A stretch of DNA of 64,000 nucleotides from assembly GCA_041650515.1 (NCBI GenBank), contig JBAZLA010000004.1:23748-87747 (forward strand), given 5' to 3'. The position numbers and the translations under genes are program-made. This DNA comes from Patescibacteria group bacterium (GTDB lineage: Bacteria > Patescibacteriota > Patescibacteriia > JACRDY01). Of the stretch, positions 39,712 through 50,094 are shown in pieces; position 1 is the first letter of the stretch, and each line of letters opens with the position of its first letter. The notes beneath the pieces were generated by a model. It searched no databases and had not been told where the DNA came from. It saw nothing but the letters and a program-made list of their open reading frames with translations.

Positions 39712-39796
39712 CGGAGAGGGCGGGATTCGAACCCGCGGTGAGTTTCCCCACACACGCTTTCCAAGCGTGCGCACTAGGCCTCTATGCGACCTCTCC
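39712..39796 (-). tRNA. tRNA-Ser (anticodon GGA), type II, CCA not encoded
   Basis: Minus strand: GGAGAGG U CGCAUAGAGGCCUAGUGCG CACGC UUGGAAA GCGUG UGUGGGGAAACUCACC GCGGG UUCGAAU CCCGC CCUCUCC G. Confidence 0.85.
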
Positions 39797-39859
39797 AAGA
39801 TAAATAAATGCAAAGGTATTCTAGCTTATTTCCGCCAATTTTTCAATAATCAAAAAGCG

Positions 39860-39888
39860 ACGGAACTAACCGTCGCCCTTTAAGACTT
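39860..39888 (-). terminator. Rho-independent terminator after the thioredoxin-like gene
   Basis: Minus strand gggcgacgg-uuaguu-ccgucgc followed by UUUUU. Confidence 0.5.
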
Positions 39889-39896
39889 AAGCTAAG

Positions 39897-40505
39897 TTAT
39901 TTGTTTAAATCAGTAATTAAAGCTTCAAATTCGGCTTTCTCGGCAGCTAAATCATCAGCGCTCTCATGACCATTGCCAACTCGATAGTATTTACAGCCAA
40001 AAACAAAAGTGGGAATTGAACCATTAGGATTAAACTCCTGGTAAACCGCTTGAGCCGCCGCCGGAAAAGTTGTTTCTACTGCTGGAGTTAAAGTATCATC
40101 GCCAGTGTCTATTTCCCAGTGATAAGCAACAATCTGACCAGCCGCCACGGCCTTACTGACTACCGCGTCAAAAGTATCCTTAATCCAAGTGCAATGGGGA
40201 CACCAAGTGGTGGTAAATAAATAAACTACCGGCTTACCATTTTCCTCGCAAATCTCGGCATTCTTTTTTTCGGAAAAAGTAGTAATACCAGTTACTGTTG
40301 TCGCCTGTGATTCAACTCCTAAATTCTGAGACGGAGTCTGGACATTAACGACCGTACCACTATTGTCCGGCGTGGCTGTTTTATCAACAGTACTCAAAAA
40401 TAAAAGACTAAAAGCAATCACACCCACGATTGCCAAACCAGCAAATAGACCAAACAAAAAACTGGTCTTAGTCGTATTGGGGGCTACATTTTTGTTGTCA
40501 GCCAT
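39897..40505 (-). CDS. Membrane-anchored thioredoxin-fold thiol-disulfide oxidoreductase
   Basis: 202 aa. N-terminal TM helix; CxxC active site in FTTTWCPHCTWIKDTF. Confidence 0.6.
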   Translation of the reverse strand: MADNKNVAPNTTKTSFLFGLFAGLAIVGVIAFSLLFLSTVDKTATPDNSGTVVNVQTPSQNLGVESQATTVTGITTFSEKKNAEICEENGKPVVYLFTTTWCPHCTWIKDTFDAVVSKAVAAGQIVAYHWEIDTGDDTLTPAVETTFPAAAQAVYQEFNPNGSIPTFVFGCKYYRVGNGHESADDLAAEKAEFEALITDLNK

Positions 40506-40518
40506 AGTTTTATAAAGA

Positions 40519-41664
40519 TTATCTTTTTATTAATTTAATTAATCTGTTGATTCTTTCTAAAAATTTTTCATTTAGTGAGACCAAAAGTAGACCAATTATA
40601 CCAACTAGACCAAAGAGCGTCAAATCTAACCGCCAATTGCCCAAACTAAACCAACTGACGGAAATTGTCTGTTCTGCTTCATAGGTATTACGATCCTGAT
40701 CCTCAACTTTTAATTTTACTAGATAGGTCCCAGCTTTTCTGTAACTATGTCTAACTAGCCTCTCAGTGGATTGGCGCCCATCACCAAAATCCCAAAAATA
40801 AGTATAATTATCCAGCTGATCATCAACGACATTAGTTTTAAAAGCATAGTCAGCCCAACCTTTTTTAGTATAAACAATACTCACCTGACCAGTTAAGTCG
40901 AAAGCACCAAACTGTCCCAAGACACGCCAATCTACGCCAGCCGACTGGTTAGGATTGGCTAGCTCATTCGTTAAAGCTTTTTCCACTATTACTGGCTTAA
41001 GTTCGGTTTTAGGAGCCGAGTTAACATTGAGCGGCATCGGATTAGAAAGATTGCTGGGAAAATTAACTGGCGGTGGCGGTGTTTCTCGAACCGGTTCGGC
41101 TTGCCACTTATTAGAATCTAAGGGATAAAGATCTTGACCATCATTATGACCATCGCCATCAGTATCCGGATTTTTCGGGTCGGTTCCCCAGGCTTCTTCT
41201 TGAGTGTCAACTACGCCGTCATTATCATCATCAGCATCTTGATTATCCCCGACTCCATCATTATCAGTATCAATATCAGGCGTAATCAGACCGGTCTGCT
41301 CTGTATTATTATCTGGCTTTTGGTCTTCATGACCAGCGATTATCACCTCAACCCGGATATTAAATGTCGAGGACGGAATGGTAAAATCAACCCAAGCATC
41401 ATCATATGTACCGCTAACTGCTGATATCACCTGCGAAGTGCCGATTAGCTTATCACCAAGATAAAAACTAACATAGCCCTGAACATCTTCGGTGCCATGA
41501 TTACTGACTCGGGCAATAATCCGGTTTTCTTTGCCAGCGATAAAACTGGGCTTACTAAATCTAATATCCGAATGATTAATAGCTAAATCATACTCCAATG
41601 CCGCCAAGGCATTAGTTGGCAAGAGTAGAAATAACCCTATTGCGCAATAAAAAATTTTCTTCAT
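40519..41664 (-). CDS. Secreted/anchored protein with thrombospondin type-3-like Ca-binding repeats and a PKD domain
   Basis: 381 aa. Signal peptide; DTDNDGVGDNQDADDDNDGVVD...DTDGDGHNDGQD; PKD-like YTYFWDFGDGRQS...GTYLVKLKVED; C-terminal TM helix. Confidence 0.6.
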   Translation of the reverse strand: MKKIFYCAIGLFLLLPTNALAALEYDLAINHSDIRFSKPSFIAGKENRIIARVSNHGTEDVQGYVSFYLGDKLIGTSQVISAVSGTYDDAWVDFTIPSSTFNIRVEVIIAGHEDQKPDNNTEQTGLITPDIDTDNDGVGDNQDADDDNDGVVDTQEEAWGTDPKNPDTDGDGHNDGQDLYPLDSNKWQAEPVRETPPPPVNFPSNLSNPMPLNVNSAPKTELKPVIVEKALTNELANPNQSAGVDWRVLGQFGAFDLTGQVSIVYTKKGWADYAFKTNVVDDQLDNYTYFWDFGDGRQSTERLVRHSYRKAGTYLVKLKVEDQDRNTYEAEQTISVSWFSLGNWRLDLTLFGLVGIIGLLLVSLNEKFLERINRLIKLIKR

Positions 41665-41714
41665 ATATAACTAAACTTTCAAGAATATAAACGCCTTTGC
41701 TACAAAGAAATAAA

Positions 41715-42155
41715 TTATAATACCCTCAGATCCTTTAACGTCTTTTTAAACTGCAAAATAACGGCCCGCGCTGTATTTTTATCTAGTTCAAAATCAGTCT
41801 CATGAACTAAACGATTACGAATTTTATGTGCCCACCAAACCTGACGAATTTTTGGCGAAGTGACACTAACAACTTTAAGCCTTTCACCCATTGTTTCACC
41901 AGCGATTCCTAGTGATTTAAGAGTATAATCCAACAACTTGTCGGCTTCCATTATTGCCAACTGCCAATAACTAGCTGAATCCTTATTAATTAATTCCTCA
42001 ATCTCCTGCCACTTTTTCTGGATCTGTGCTCGGCTAAAACTAGGCAAACTCGGCCGTTTAATATATCTAACGACCAAATAGACTAAAAAGAACAAAACTA
42101 CTAAACCAATGCCAGTTAAGATTAAATAATCAAAATAATTTAGCTCAATTCTCAT
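41715..42155 (-). CDS. Hypothetical membrane-anchored protein (possible HEPN-like Rx4H motif)
   Basis: 146 aa. N-terminal TM helix; C-terminal WWAHKIRNRLVHE. Confidence 0.3.
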   Translation of the reverse strand: MRIELNYFDYLILTGIGLVVLFFLVYLVVRYIKRPSLPSFSRAQIQKKWQEIEELINKDSASYWQLAIMEADKLLDYTLKSLGIAGETMGERLKVVSVTSPKIRQVWWAHKIRNRLVHETDFELDKNTARAVILQFKKTLKDLRVL

Positions 42156-43609
42156 AGCTCTGGTTTAGACCTATGCCAATCAGTCGTCAATTGGTACTGA
42201 TGGCCAACACGCAAGACCAACTCTTCACCCAACTGCGGTCCAATAATTTGTAAACCCACCGGTAGATTGCCAACAAAGCCGCAGGGTACTGATAGACCGC
42301 ACATTCCAGCCACGCTGGCCGGCGTTAAATACATATCAGCCAGATACATCGACAGTGGATCGTCCAACTTTTCACCCAAATTAAAAGGTAAAAATGGCGA
42401 AACTGGAGCTAAAAGAACGGAGACTTTTTTAAAAATATTTTCAAACTCTTGTTTAATAATTGTTCGCACTTTCTGCGCCTGGGTGTAATAAGCATCATAA
42501 TAACCATGAGATAAAGCAAAAGTGCCGATCATAATCCGCCGTTTTACTTCTTCGGGAAAACCCGTCCGCCGAGAAAAAGCATAAGTTTGGGTTAAACTTT
42601 TAGCTTCTTGATTACGCACGCCATAGCGAATACCATCCAACCGAGCTAGGTTGGCGCTATCCTCACAGGGCACAACAACGTAATAAACAGCCAATGCATA
42701 TTTAGTGTGCGGTAAAGAAACCTCCACTACTTCGGCACCCAAATCTTCTATCTGTCTAATGGCTTCATTAATCACCACCCGAGTATCCTCATCTAAACCC
42801 CTAGCAAAATATTCTTTAGGTAAACCGATTTTAAAACCCTTAATATCATTCTCAATCTCTTTGGTATAGTGCGGCACCGATTTATTAAGAGTCGTTGAAT
42901 CTAGTTTATCCACGCCCGCCATCACTTCCATAATCGCCGCCACATCCCAAGCGCTCTTAGCCATTGGACCAACCGTATCGAGCGACGAGGACATGGGCAT
43001 AATGCCATAACGCGAATTACGGCCGTAGCTGGGTTTAAGACCAGTGATATTACAAAAAGAAGCCGGCTGGCGGATCGAGCCGCCAGTATCTTCGCCAATG
43101 GCATAGATACAACTGTCAGCCGCCACGGCCGCGGCACAACCGCCAGAAGATCCACCAGAGACTTTACTTAAATCCCACGGATTTTTTACCGGACCATATT
43201 GCGAATTCTCATTAGAAGCGCCATGACCAAAAGCATCACAATTATTTTTGCCAATAATCACCCCGCCAGCTGCCTTGATCTTTTTAATCACCGTGGCATC
43301 ATAAGGCGGAATATAGTTATCTAAAATTTTAGCCGCAGCCGTGGAACGCAAACCTTGGGTGCAAATAGCATCTTTAACTGCCAAGGGTACACCAGCTAAC
43401 CAACCAATCTCTTCACCGGCCTTAATCTGTTTATCTACTTCCCCGGCCGATATCAAACTCTCTTTTTCGGCTACGGTAATATAAGCGTTAAGCTGGGGAT
43501 TAACTTTTTTGATTTGGGCTAAGCACTCTCTAGCCACTTCTTGAGCACAAAAATCTTTTTTTCTGAGGCCCTGATGAATCTCTTTAATTGTCAGTTCATT
43601 TAATTTCAT
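42152..43609 (-). CDS. gatA: Glutamyl/aspartyl-tRNA amidotransferase subunit A
   Basis: 485 aa. Amidase signature GGSSGGCAAAVAA with the Ser-cisSer-Lys context. Confidence 0.9.
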   Translation of the reverse strand: MKLNELTIKEIHQGLRKKDFCAQEVARECLAQIKKVNPQLNAYITVAEKESLISAGEVDKQIKAGEEIGWLAGVPLAVKDAICTQGLRSTAAAKILDNYIPPYDATVIKKIKAAGGVIIGKNNCDAFGHGASNENSQYGPVKNPWDLSKVSGGSSGGCAAAVAADSCIYAIGEDTGGSIRQPASFCNITGLKPSYGRNSRYGIMPMSSSLDTVGPMAKSAWDVAAIMEVMAGVDKLDSTTLNKSVPHYTKEIENDIKGFKIGLPKEYFARGLDEDTRVVINEAIRQIEDLGAEVVEVSLPHTKYALAVYYVVVPCEDSANLARLDGIRYGVRNQEAKSLTQTYAFSRRTGFPEEVKRRIMIGTFALSHGYYDAYYTQAQKVRTIIKQEFENIFKKVSVLLAPVSPFLPFNLGEKLDDPLSMYLADMYLTPASVAGMCGLSVPCGFVGNLPVGLQIIGPQLGEELVLRVGHQYQLTTDWHRSKPEL

Positions 43610-43652
43610 TGACTTTTTAACTTTATAACTTTCAACTTGTTACTTTTTTTAT

Positions 43653-43955
43653 TTATTCTTCGCCTTCAAAAACTCCCCTGACTTTAATTAGGTTGTCTTG
43701 ATGCTCCGGCCAATTGTCCTTAATTGACTGACTAACCAACGGATCTTTGGTCGCTGATTCGTCAGCGCGGCTAACATCTTCTAGCCCAGTCACCTGAAAA
43801 GTCGGCGCCACTTTGCTCGTATCCACTTCTTTAAGCTGTTCGACATAATCTAAAATCGCCGAAAGTTGTTTGGCAAATTTCTTTTTTTCATCGGCAGTTA
43901 GATCAATTGCCGCCAGCTTGGCAATATGTTCAACGTCTTTTTGACTTAATTTCAT
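43653..43955 (-). CDS. gatC: Glutamyl/aspartyl-tRNA amidotransferase subunit C
   Basis: 100 aa, immediately upstream of gatA. Confidence 0.8.
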   Translation of the reverse strand: MKLSQKDVEHIAKLAAIDLTADEKKKFAKQLSAILDYVEQLKEVDTSKVAPTFQVTGLEDVSRADESATKDPLVSQSIKDNWPEHQDNLIKVRGVFEGEE

Positions 43956-44111
43956 AAAATAAACAAAATAAAGGTTAGACTTATTATAACAAACTTAGGT
44001 TGATTAATAAATACGATCATCTGCCTCACCCATTGACATAAAACAAGAAACTAACTAAAGTAAAATATTAACCAGAAAACTACTTCCCAAGCCCAAAGGA
44101 GGGCAAAAAAA

Positions 44112-44480
44112 ATGAAATCAGTTACCATTGTCAGCGCTATTGGTAGGTCGGCAACACCGCACCTACAGATTAACCAAGACTACTACGACACCCTGGCAGA
44201 GTTGATCAAGACCCAACTCGCCAGTCCTCAGATCGCGATCAAGATTGTGTCTGATATCACCGCGCTGGAAGTCTTGCCCTGTGGTCAAAACAAACTCCAA
44301 GCCGTGATCTTTGTCTCCAGCGGCATGCTGGACGAAGCCAAACAGCTTCGCCAGCAACACCCCGAACTCACGGTGGTGGTGTTGAGCGGTGAGATTCCGG
44401 CCGGCGAGATCGTTCACATTAACATCGGCTGGGGGCTATCCCCGGAGATATTTCAACGAATCGTCAGCGCCGCCAACTGA
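44112..44480 (+). CDS. GC-rich orphan alpha/beta protein, paralog 1 (function unknown)
   Basis: 122 aa. RBS aaggaggg 8 nt upstream; own terminator. Codon usage visibly GC-rich against an AT-rich background. Paralogous to the next gene. Confidence 0.5.
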   Translation: MKSVTIVSAIGRSATPHLQINQDYYDTLAELIKTQLASPQIAIKIVSDITALEVLPCGQNKLQAVIFVSSGMLDEAKQLRQQHPELTVVVLSGEIPAGEIVHINIGWGLSPEIFQRIVSAAN

Positions 44481-44482
44481 CC

Positions 44483-44516
44483 CCTACGGACAGCCCAGCC
44501 TGCCCGTTCTTTTTAT
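44483..44516 (+). terminator. Rho-independent terminator of orphan paralog 1
   Basis: cggacagc-ccagc-ctgcccg + UCUUUUUAUUU. Confidence 0.6.
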
Positions 44517-44596
44517 TTAATGTCAAAACCTTTATTGCTCTTATTCAGATAGTGTGGTTAAATATAAAATCACGTCGGAAAAGGAGGGAGAATCAA

Positions 44597-44980
44597 ATGC
44601 TAATTGCCATCGTCGAGCAAACCAACCTCAACAACCAAACCGACCAGCGATACACCGGGATGATCGAAAATCTCAGCCAGCGGCTCGCCGATCATGACAA
44701 CATCATCGTCCAGGTGATGCCAACGGTTGAAATGGCCAAAAGAATGATCACTCAAATTAGATTTTCCGCCATCATCTTTGTTTCGGGCTATATGGTTAAA
44801 CCGGCTCGAGAGCTAGCCCTGGCGATTCGTCGCCAAGGTCTGACCACCAAGGTCATTACGCTCGAAGGGGCGATGGTGGTCGAAGCCCAAATGAATGAGC
44901 CGATCATCCGACTCGACAAGGTGGCGGCATCAGCCAACAACTGCCGAGAACTCATCCGGGCCATCTGCCGGGCAAACTGA
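44597..44980 (+). CDS. GC-rich orphan alpha/beta protein, paralog 2
   Basis: 127 aa from ATG 44597 (RBS aaaaggaggg). Shares IAIVEQT, AIIFVSGYMV and L..A..LR.Q....T..V..L.G with paralog 1. Near-identical terminator module. Confidence 0.5.
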   Translation: MLIAIVEQTNLNNQTDQRYTGMIENLSQRLADHDNIIVQVMPTVEMAKRMITQIRFSAIIFVSGYMVKPARELALAIRRQGLTTKVITLEGAMVVEAQMNEPIIRLDKVAASANNCRELIRAICRAN

Positions 44981-45013
44981 CGGACAGCTCCTTCGCTGCC
45001 CGTTTTTTTATTT
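44979..45013 (+). terminator. Rho-independent terminator of orphan paralog 2
   Basis: cggacagc-uccuuc-gcugcccg + UUUUUUUAUUU. Confidence 0.6.
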
Positions 45014-45363
45014 GACGACCTTATTAATCTTTGTTAGTTTACTAAAAGAGCGAACATTTATTTTTGGCGAAAACAATGGGCTCGCTGGGAAATGAGACTA
45101 AGTCTTTAGGAGAACTGCCGACCTCCTATCCGGTAACCCATCCCCCACCGGAATTTCCTGGTAACCCGTTCTGCCCGTCGGCGGCTTCAGGCCGGGGGCT
45201 GCTGGAGGGTTATCGTTTTTGCCAATTTGTGGGTGTTTCTTCCACCCGCGATTGCCACACCAAACTTTAGAAGTCTTAGCGAGGTCTGGGGCTCATAACC
45301 CCGGTTGAGGTCCATCGCTCGGCCTCATTGCCAGGGACGCAAATTCCCTCTTCTGGAGTGGCT

Positions 45364-45406
45364 CAGGATTCCGACCCTTGGTCAACGGAATCCTTTTTGT
45401 TTTTTA
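45364..45406 (+). terminator. Strong rho-independent terminator ending a GC-rich non-coding stretch
   Basis: aggauuccg-acccuuggucaa-cggaauccu + UUUUUGUUUUUU. Confidence 0.6.
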
Positions 45407-45415
45407 TAAATAACA

Positions 45416-45502
45416 CACAGTCCATAGTACCCAGTACACAGATATAAGAACCCACCGACGGTGGGTTTTGATTACTATGGACTAGGTACTCGGTACTGTG
45501 GA

Positions 45503-45505
<3 letters not shown>
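45416..45505. repeat. X1: about 90-nt direct-repeat element (gtac-rich imperfect inverted arms around a central GC hairpin), copy 1
   Basis: cagtccatagtacccagtacacag..aacccaccgacggtgggtt..ctatggactaggtactcggtactgtggac. Abuts the ligA stop codon. Homologous to 60655-60760. Confidence 0.55.
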
Positions 45506-47557
<2,052 letters not shown>

Positions 47558-47606
47558 TTAATCTACACCAAAATACATTAGGTAGGCTGATCTTTATCAA
47601 TCATTA

Positions 47607-48422
47607 TTATCCCTGGCTAATAATACTGGTTTCTGAAAATAAAATATAATCAAAAATATCTAAATCGGGTAATTGGCGTGGCATAGTCACCAAAATTTTC
47701 TGGCGACTAGAACGATAAAAACCCTGCGAATCGAGCAAAATACGACTAGGGATATTAACTTGCTCTTGACCAGCTAAATCAGTGTAAGCCCGAACAACTA
47801 AATTACTGACTGAACATTCATTAACACCAAGACTAACGGCTTTAAATTTGGCTCTAATAAATTCCGAATCTTGGGGAGCCGGACCAGTTATTAATTCAAT
47901 TTTATAACCATCAGCACCGTTATTAAGAGTACCCGCTGGTAGATAAACTTCTTGATAGGTATCGCCCCAAGATTCTTGATTTTGCCAATCTGCCCAACCA
48001 ACTAACAGCGGACAATCTTGGCTATCCGCCCACAACCGGATAGTCTTAATACTTGGTGGATCATCTTCTTCCTCCTCTAGGCTATAAAGATCTAACTGAT
48101 AATATTCATTCTGTCTTAAATCTAGAGTAATATTTTCTTCTTGATCGCTGTAAGTTCTTAACAAACGTCCCAAATTATCAGGAAAGGTTAAATCTAATTC
48201 TAAATTAGTAAAATCGTCCTCTTGCCTGATCTGGTAGAGACCATTTTCTAATCCGGACTCGGCAATATACCAAGCCGGCAACGCCTCATCGATGTAGCGA
48301 CTTTGTCTTAGAGCCTGCACAATAAATTGGCTTAAAAATGTAACCGTCAAAACCAACGTCGATACCACCAATAAGGATACAATCAATATGTTGCCGTCAT
48401 TTTTTTTGTCTAGATAAAACAT
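47607..48422 (-). CDS. Minor pilin-like protein (PilX-like), locus 2
   Basis: 271 aa. N-terminal hydrophobic helix ILIVSLLVVSTLVLTVTFL. Last gene of the pilin operon. Confidence 0.4.
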   Translation of the reverse strand: MFYLDKKNDGNILIVSLLVVSTLVLTVTFLSQFIVQALRQSRYIDEALPAWYIAESGLENGLYQIRQEDDFTNLELDLTFPDNLGRLLRTYSDQEENITLDLRQNEYYQLDLYSLEEEEDDPPSIKTIRLWADSQDCPLLVGWADWQNQESWGDTYQEVYLPAGTLNNGADGYKIELITGPAPQDSEFIRAKFKAVSLGVNECSVSNLVVRAYTDLAGQEQVNIPSRILLDSQGFYRSSRQKILVTMPRQLPDLDIFDYILFSETSIISQG

Positions 48423-48424
48423 AT

Positions 48425-49018
48425 TTAACGTTTATAAACCCGACTGGAAGCCGTGGTCTGCAAAAAAAGGCTATCGGGCGCATCTGGTAAGGTAGAATTT
48501 AATTCTAAATAAATTGTTACTCGCGGTTGGATATTACTGGCGTAACCCTCTTCACTCATCTCAAACGGATCTTCAAGCGGATAAACATAAAAAATTAGTT
48601 TACTCACCTCCAGGCTATCACTAGTCAATGACTCCCAGCTGGCACCACCGTCGAAACTAACTTCCACACAATGGACTACCCCAGCGGGACAGCCGGAGCC
48701 GAGATCGGCACTATCCCCTTGTCGGAAATAAATTTGGCTATTTAAATCGTCGGTCAAATGAAGCTCATGATTAATTATTCCAGTCGGCCAACTGGGAGAG
48801 TACTCTATTAGTCTAGTTCGAACTTGCTGAGTAATCTTAGCCATGATCAGTTGACCCTCGGCTAGAACTTTTTGTTCAGTTAATATTCTTCTCTCTGAAC
48901 GTTGCGACATTGAAAAAATATCAATAACCACCAATAGAATTAAAGAAAATAAAGAAATCGCAACTAATATTTCTATTAACGTTAACCCTTGCTGACTTTT
49001 AAGTCCTCTAGCTAACAT
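48425..49018 (-). CDS. Type IV minor pilin (prepilin-type N-terminus)
   Basis: 197 aa. QGLTLIEILVAISLFSLILLVV. Confidence 0.65.
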   Translation of the reverse strand: MLARGLKSQQGLTLIEILVAISLFSLILLVVIDIFSMSQRSERRILTEQKVLAEGQLIMAKITQQVRTRLIEYSPSWPTGIINHELHLTDDLNSQIYFRQGDSADLGSGCPAGVVHCVEVSFDGGASWESLTSDSLEVSKLIFYVYPLEDPFEMSEEGYASNIQPRVTIYLELNSTLPDAPDSLFLQTTASSRVYKR

Positions 49019-49597
49019 TTATTTCCAATTATATAAATAATCTTGGAGTGAAAAAAACTTAGGAACACCCTTTATTTCAATAGCCACTTGAGAAATAATC
49101 TTTAAACCAATTATATTGTCACTAACTGGGTCACAAATTTGAGGTGGTAAGGCAGTATCACAAACCGGATCAATAGTAATCAAGCGATAATAATCAAGCG
49201 GCGTGGCATTATTATTGGGATCATAACTAATATAACGATTGCCCAACGCGGTTTCATGGTTATAAAGCCTGGCCTGAGTGATATTATTAATACTAAAATC
49301 AATGCTCAGCTCACCGGTCAAATAATCCATATTAACTACCCCCTCATTATCATTGGGATTAAGCAATCCGTCGCTCCAAACTTGATCGGGATCTAGCCAA
49401 TTACTATCGCGGATATTTCTAACCAACTCGATACCCTCGCGAGCTAACTGATTACCTAAAAGTTGGACTTCAATATCGGCCTGAGCTTTATTATTTATAA
49501 CCAGCAACCCTAAAACCGATATTAAAAAACCAACTACAATTCCGGAAACTACTACTACTTCCAAAATTGTCTGCCCCCTTTTATTTAATCTACTCAT
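49019..49597 (-). CDS. Type IV minor pilin (prepilin-type N-terminus)
   Basis: 192 aa. KRGQTILEVVVVSGIVVGFLISVLGLLV. Confidence 0.6.
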   Translation of the reverse strand: MSRLNKRGQTILEVVVVSGIVVGFLISVLGLLVINNKAQADIEVQLLGNQLAREGIELVRNIRDSNWLDPDQVWSDGLLNPNDNEGVVNMDYLTGELSIDFSINNITQARLYNHETALGNRYISYDPNNNATPLDYYRLITIDPVCDTALPPQICDPVSDNIIGLKIISQVAIEIKGVPKFFSLQDYLYNWK

Positions 49598-49599
49598 AC

Positions 49600-50094
49600 T
49601 TAATTTTGTAATTGCCCAGTCAATGAATTTAAAATAATCTGTTTGGTTTCAGCCAGCGGCGTATAAGTTATATTAATGGTTAAACTAGTCTGACCACTAA
49701 CCGCACACTCATCAGAAAAATTAATCTGCGAACCGCCAGACAAAAAAACAATCTGACAGCCAGCAGCTGGGCTTAGATCGACCTTCTGCCAACTAACTGT
49801 TTTAACCAATTCGGCGTTATTAACTAGAACTTGATAACCATGTGCTTGCAAAACTAGAGAATAAAATTCGGGATTAACTATTTCACCATCAGGTAATTTA
49901 ATGTTGGTGCCGGCTAACGCTCTAGTTTTTAAATCAATAATCTCACCTTCTAACTGTTTAGTAATCAGGTTGAGCTCTTTCTCCTGCTGGCCGCTATTAT
50001 AGTTAGCCAAAACTAAGGTTGCCATGCCCATAATAATCATAACTGAAACTATCAATTCAATTAGAGTAAAACCATTTTTTTTGTCTAGAACCAT
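49600..50094 (-). CDS. Type IV minor pilin (prepilin-type N-terminus)
   Basis: Likely start at the internal Met (MVLDKKNGFTLIELIVSVMIIMG). The track ORF is extended 30 codons upstream. Confidence 0.65.
   Translation of the reverse strand: MVLDKKNGFTLIELIVSVMIIMGMATLVLANYNSGQQEKELNLITKQLEGEIIDLKTRALAGTNIKLPDGEIVNPEFYSLVLQAHGYQVLVNNAELVKTVSWQKVDLSPAAGCQIVFLSGGSQINFSDECAVSGQTSLTINITYTPLAETKQIILNSLTGQLQN

Noticed and set aside
39498-39803. Three overlapping 77-88-aa ORFs on both strands
   Set aside because: They cover tRNA-Ser and the GC-rich unit B. These are frames open by GC-richness, not genes.
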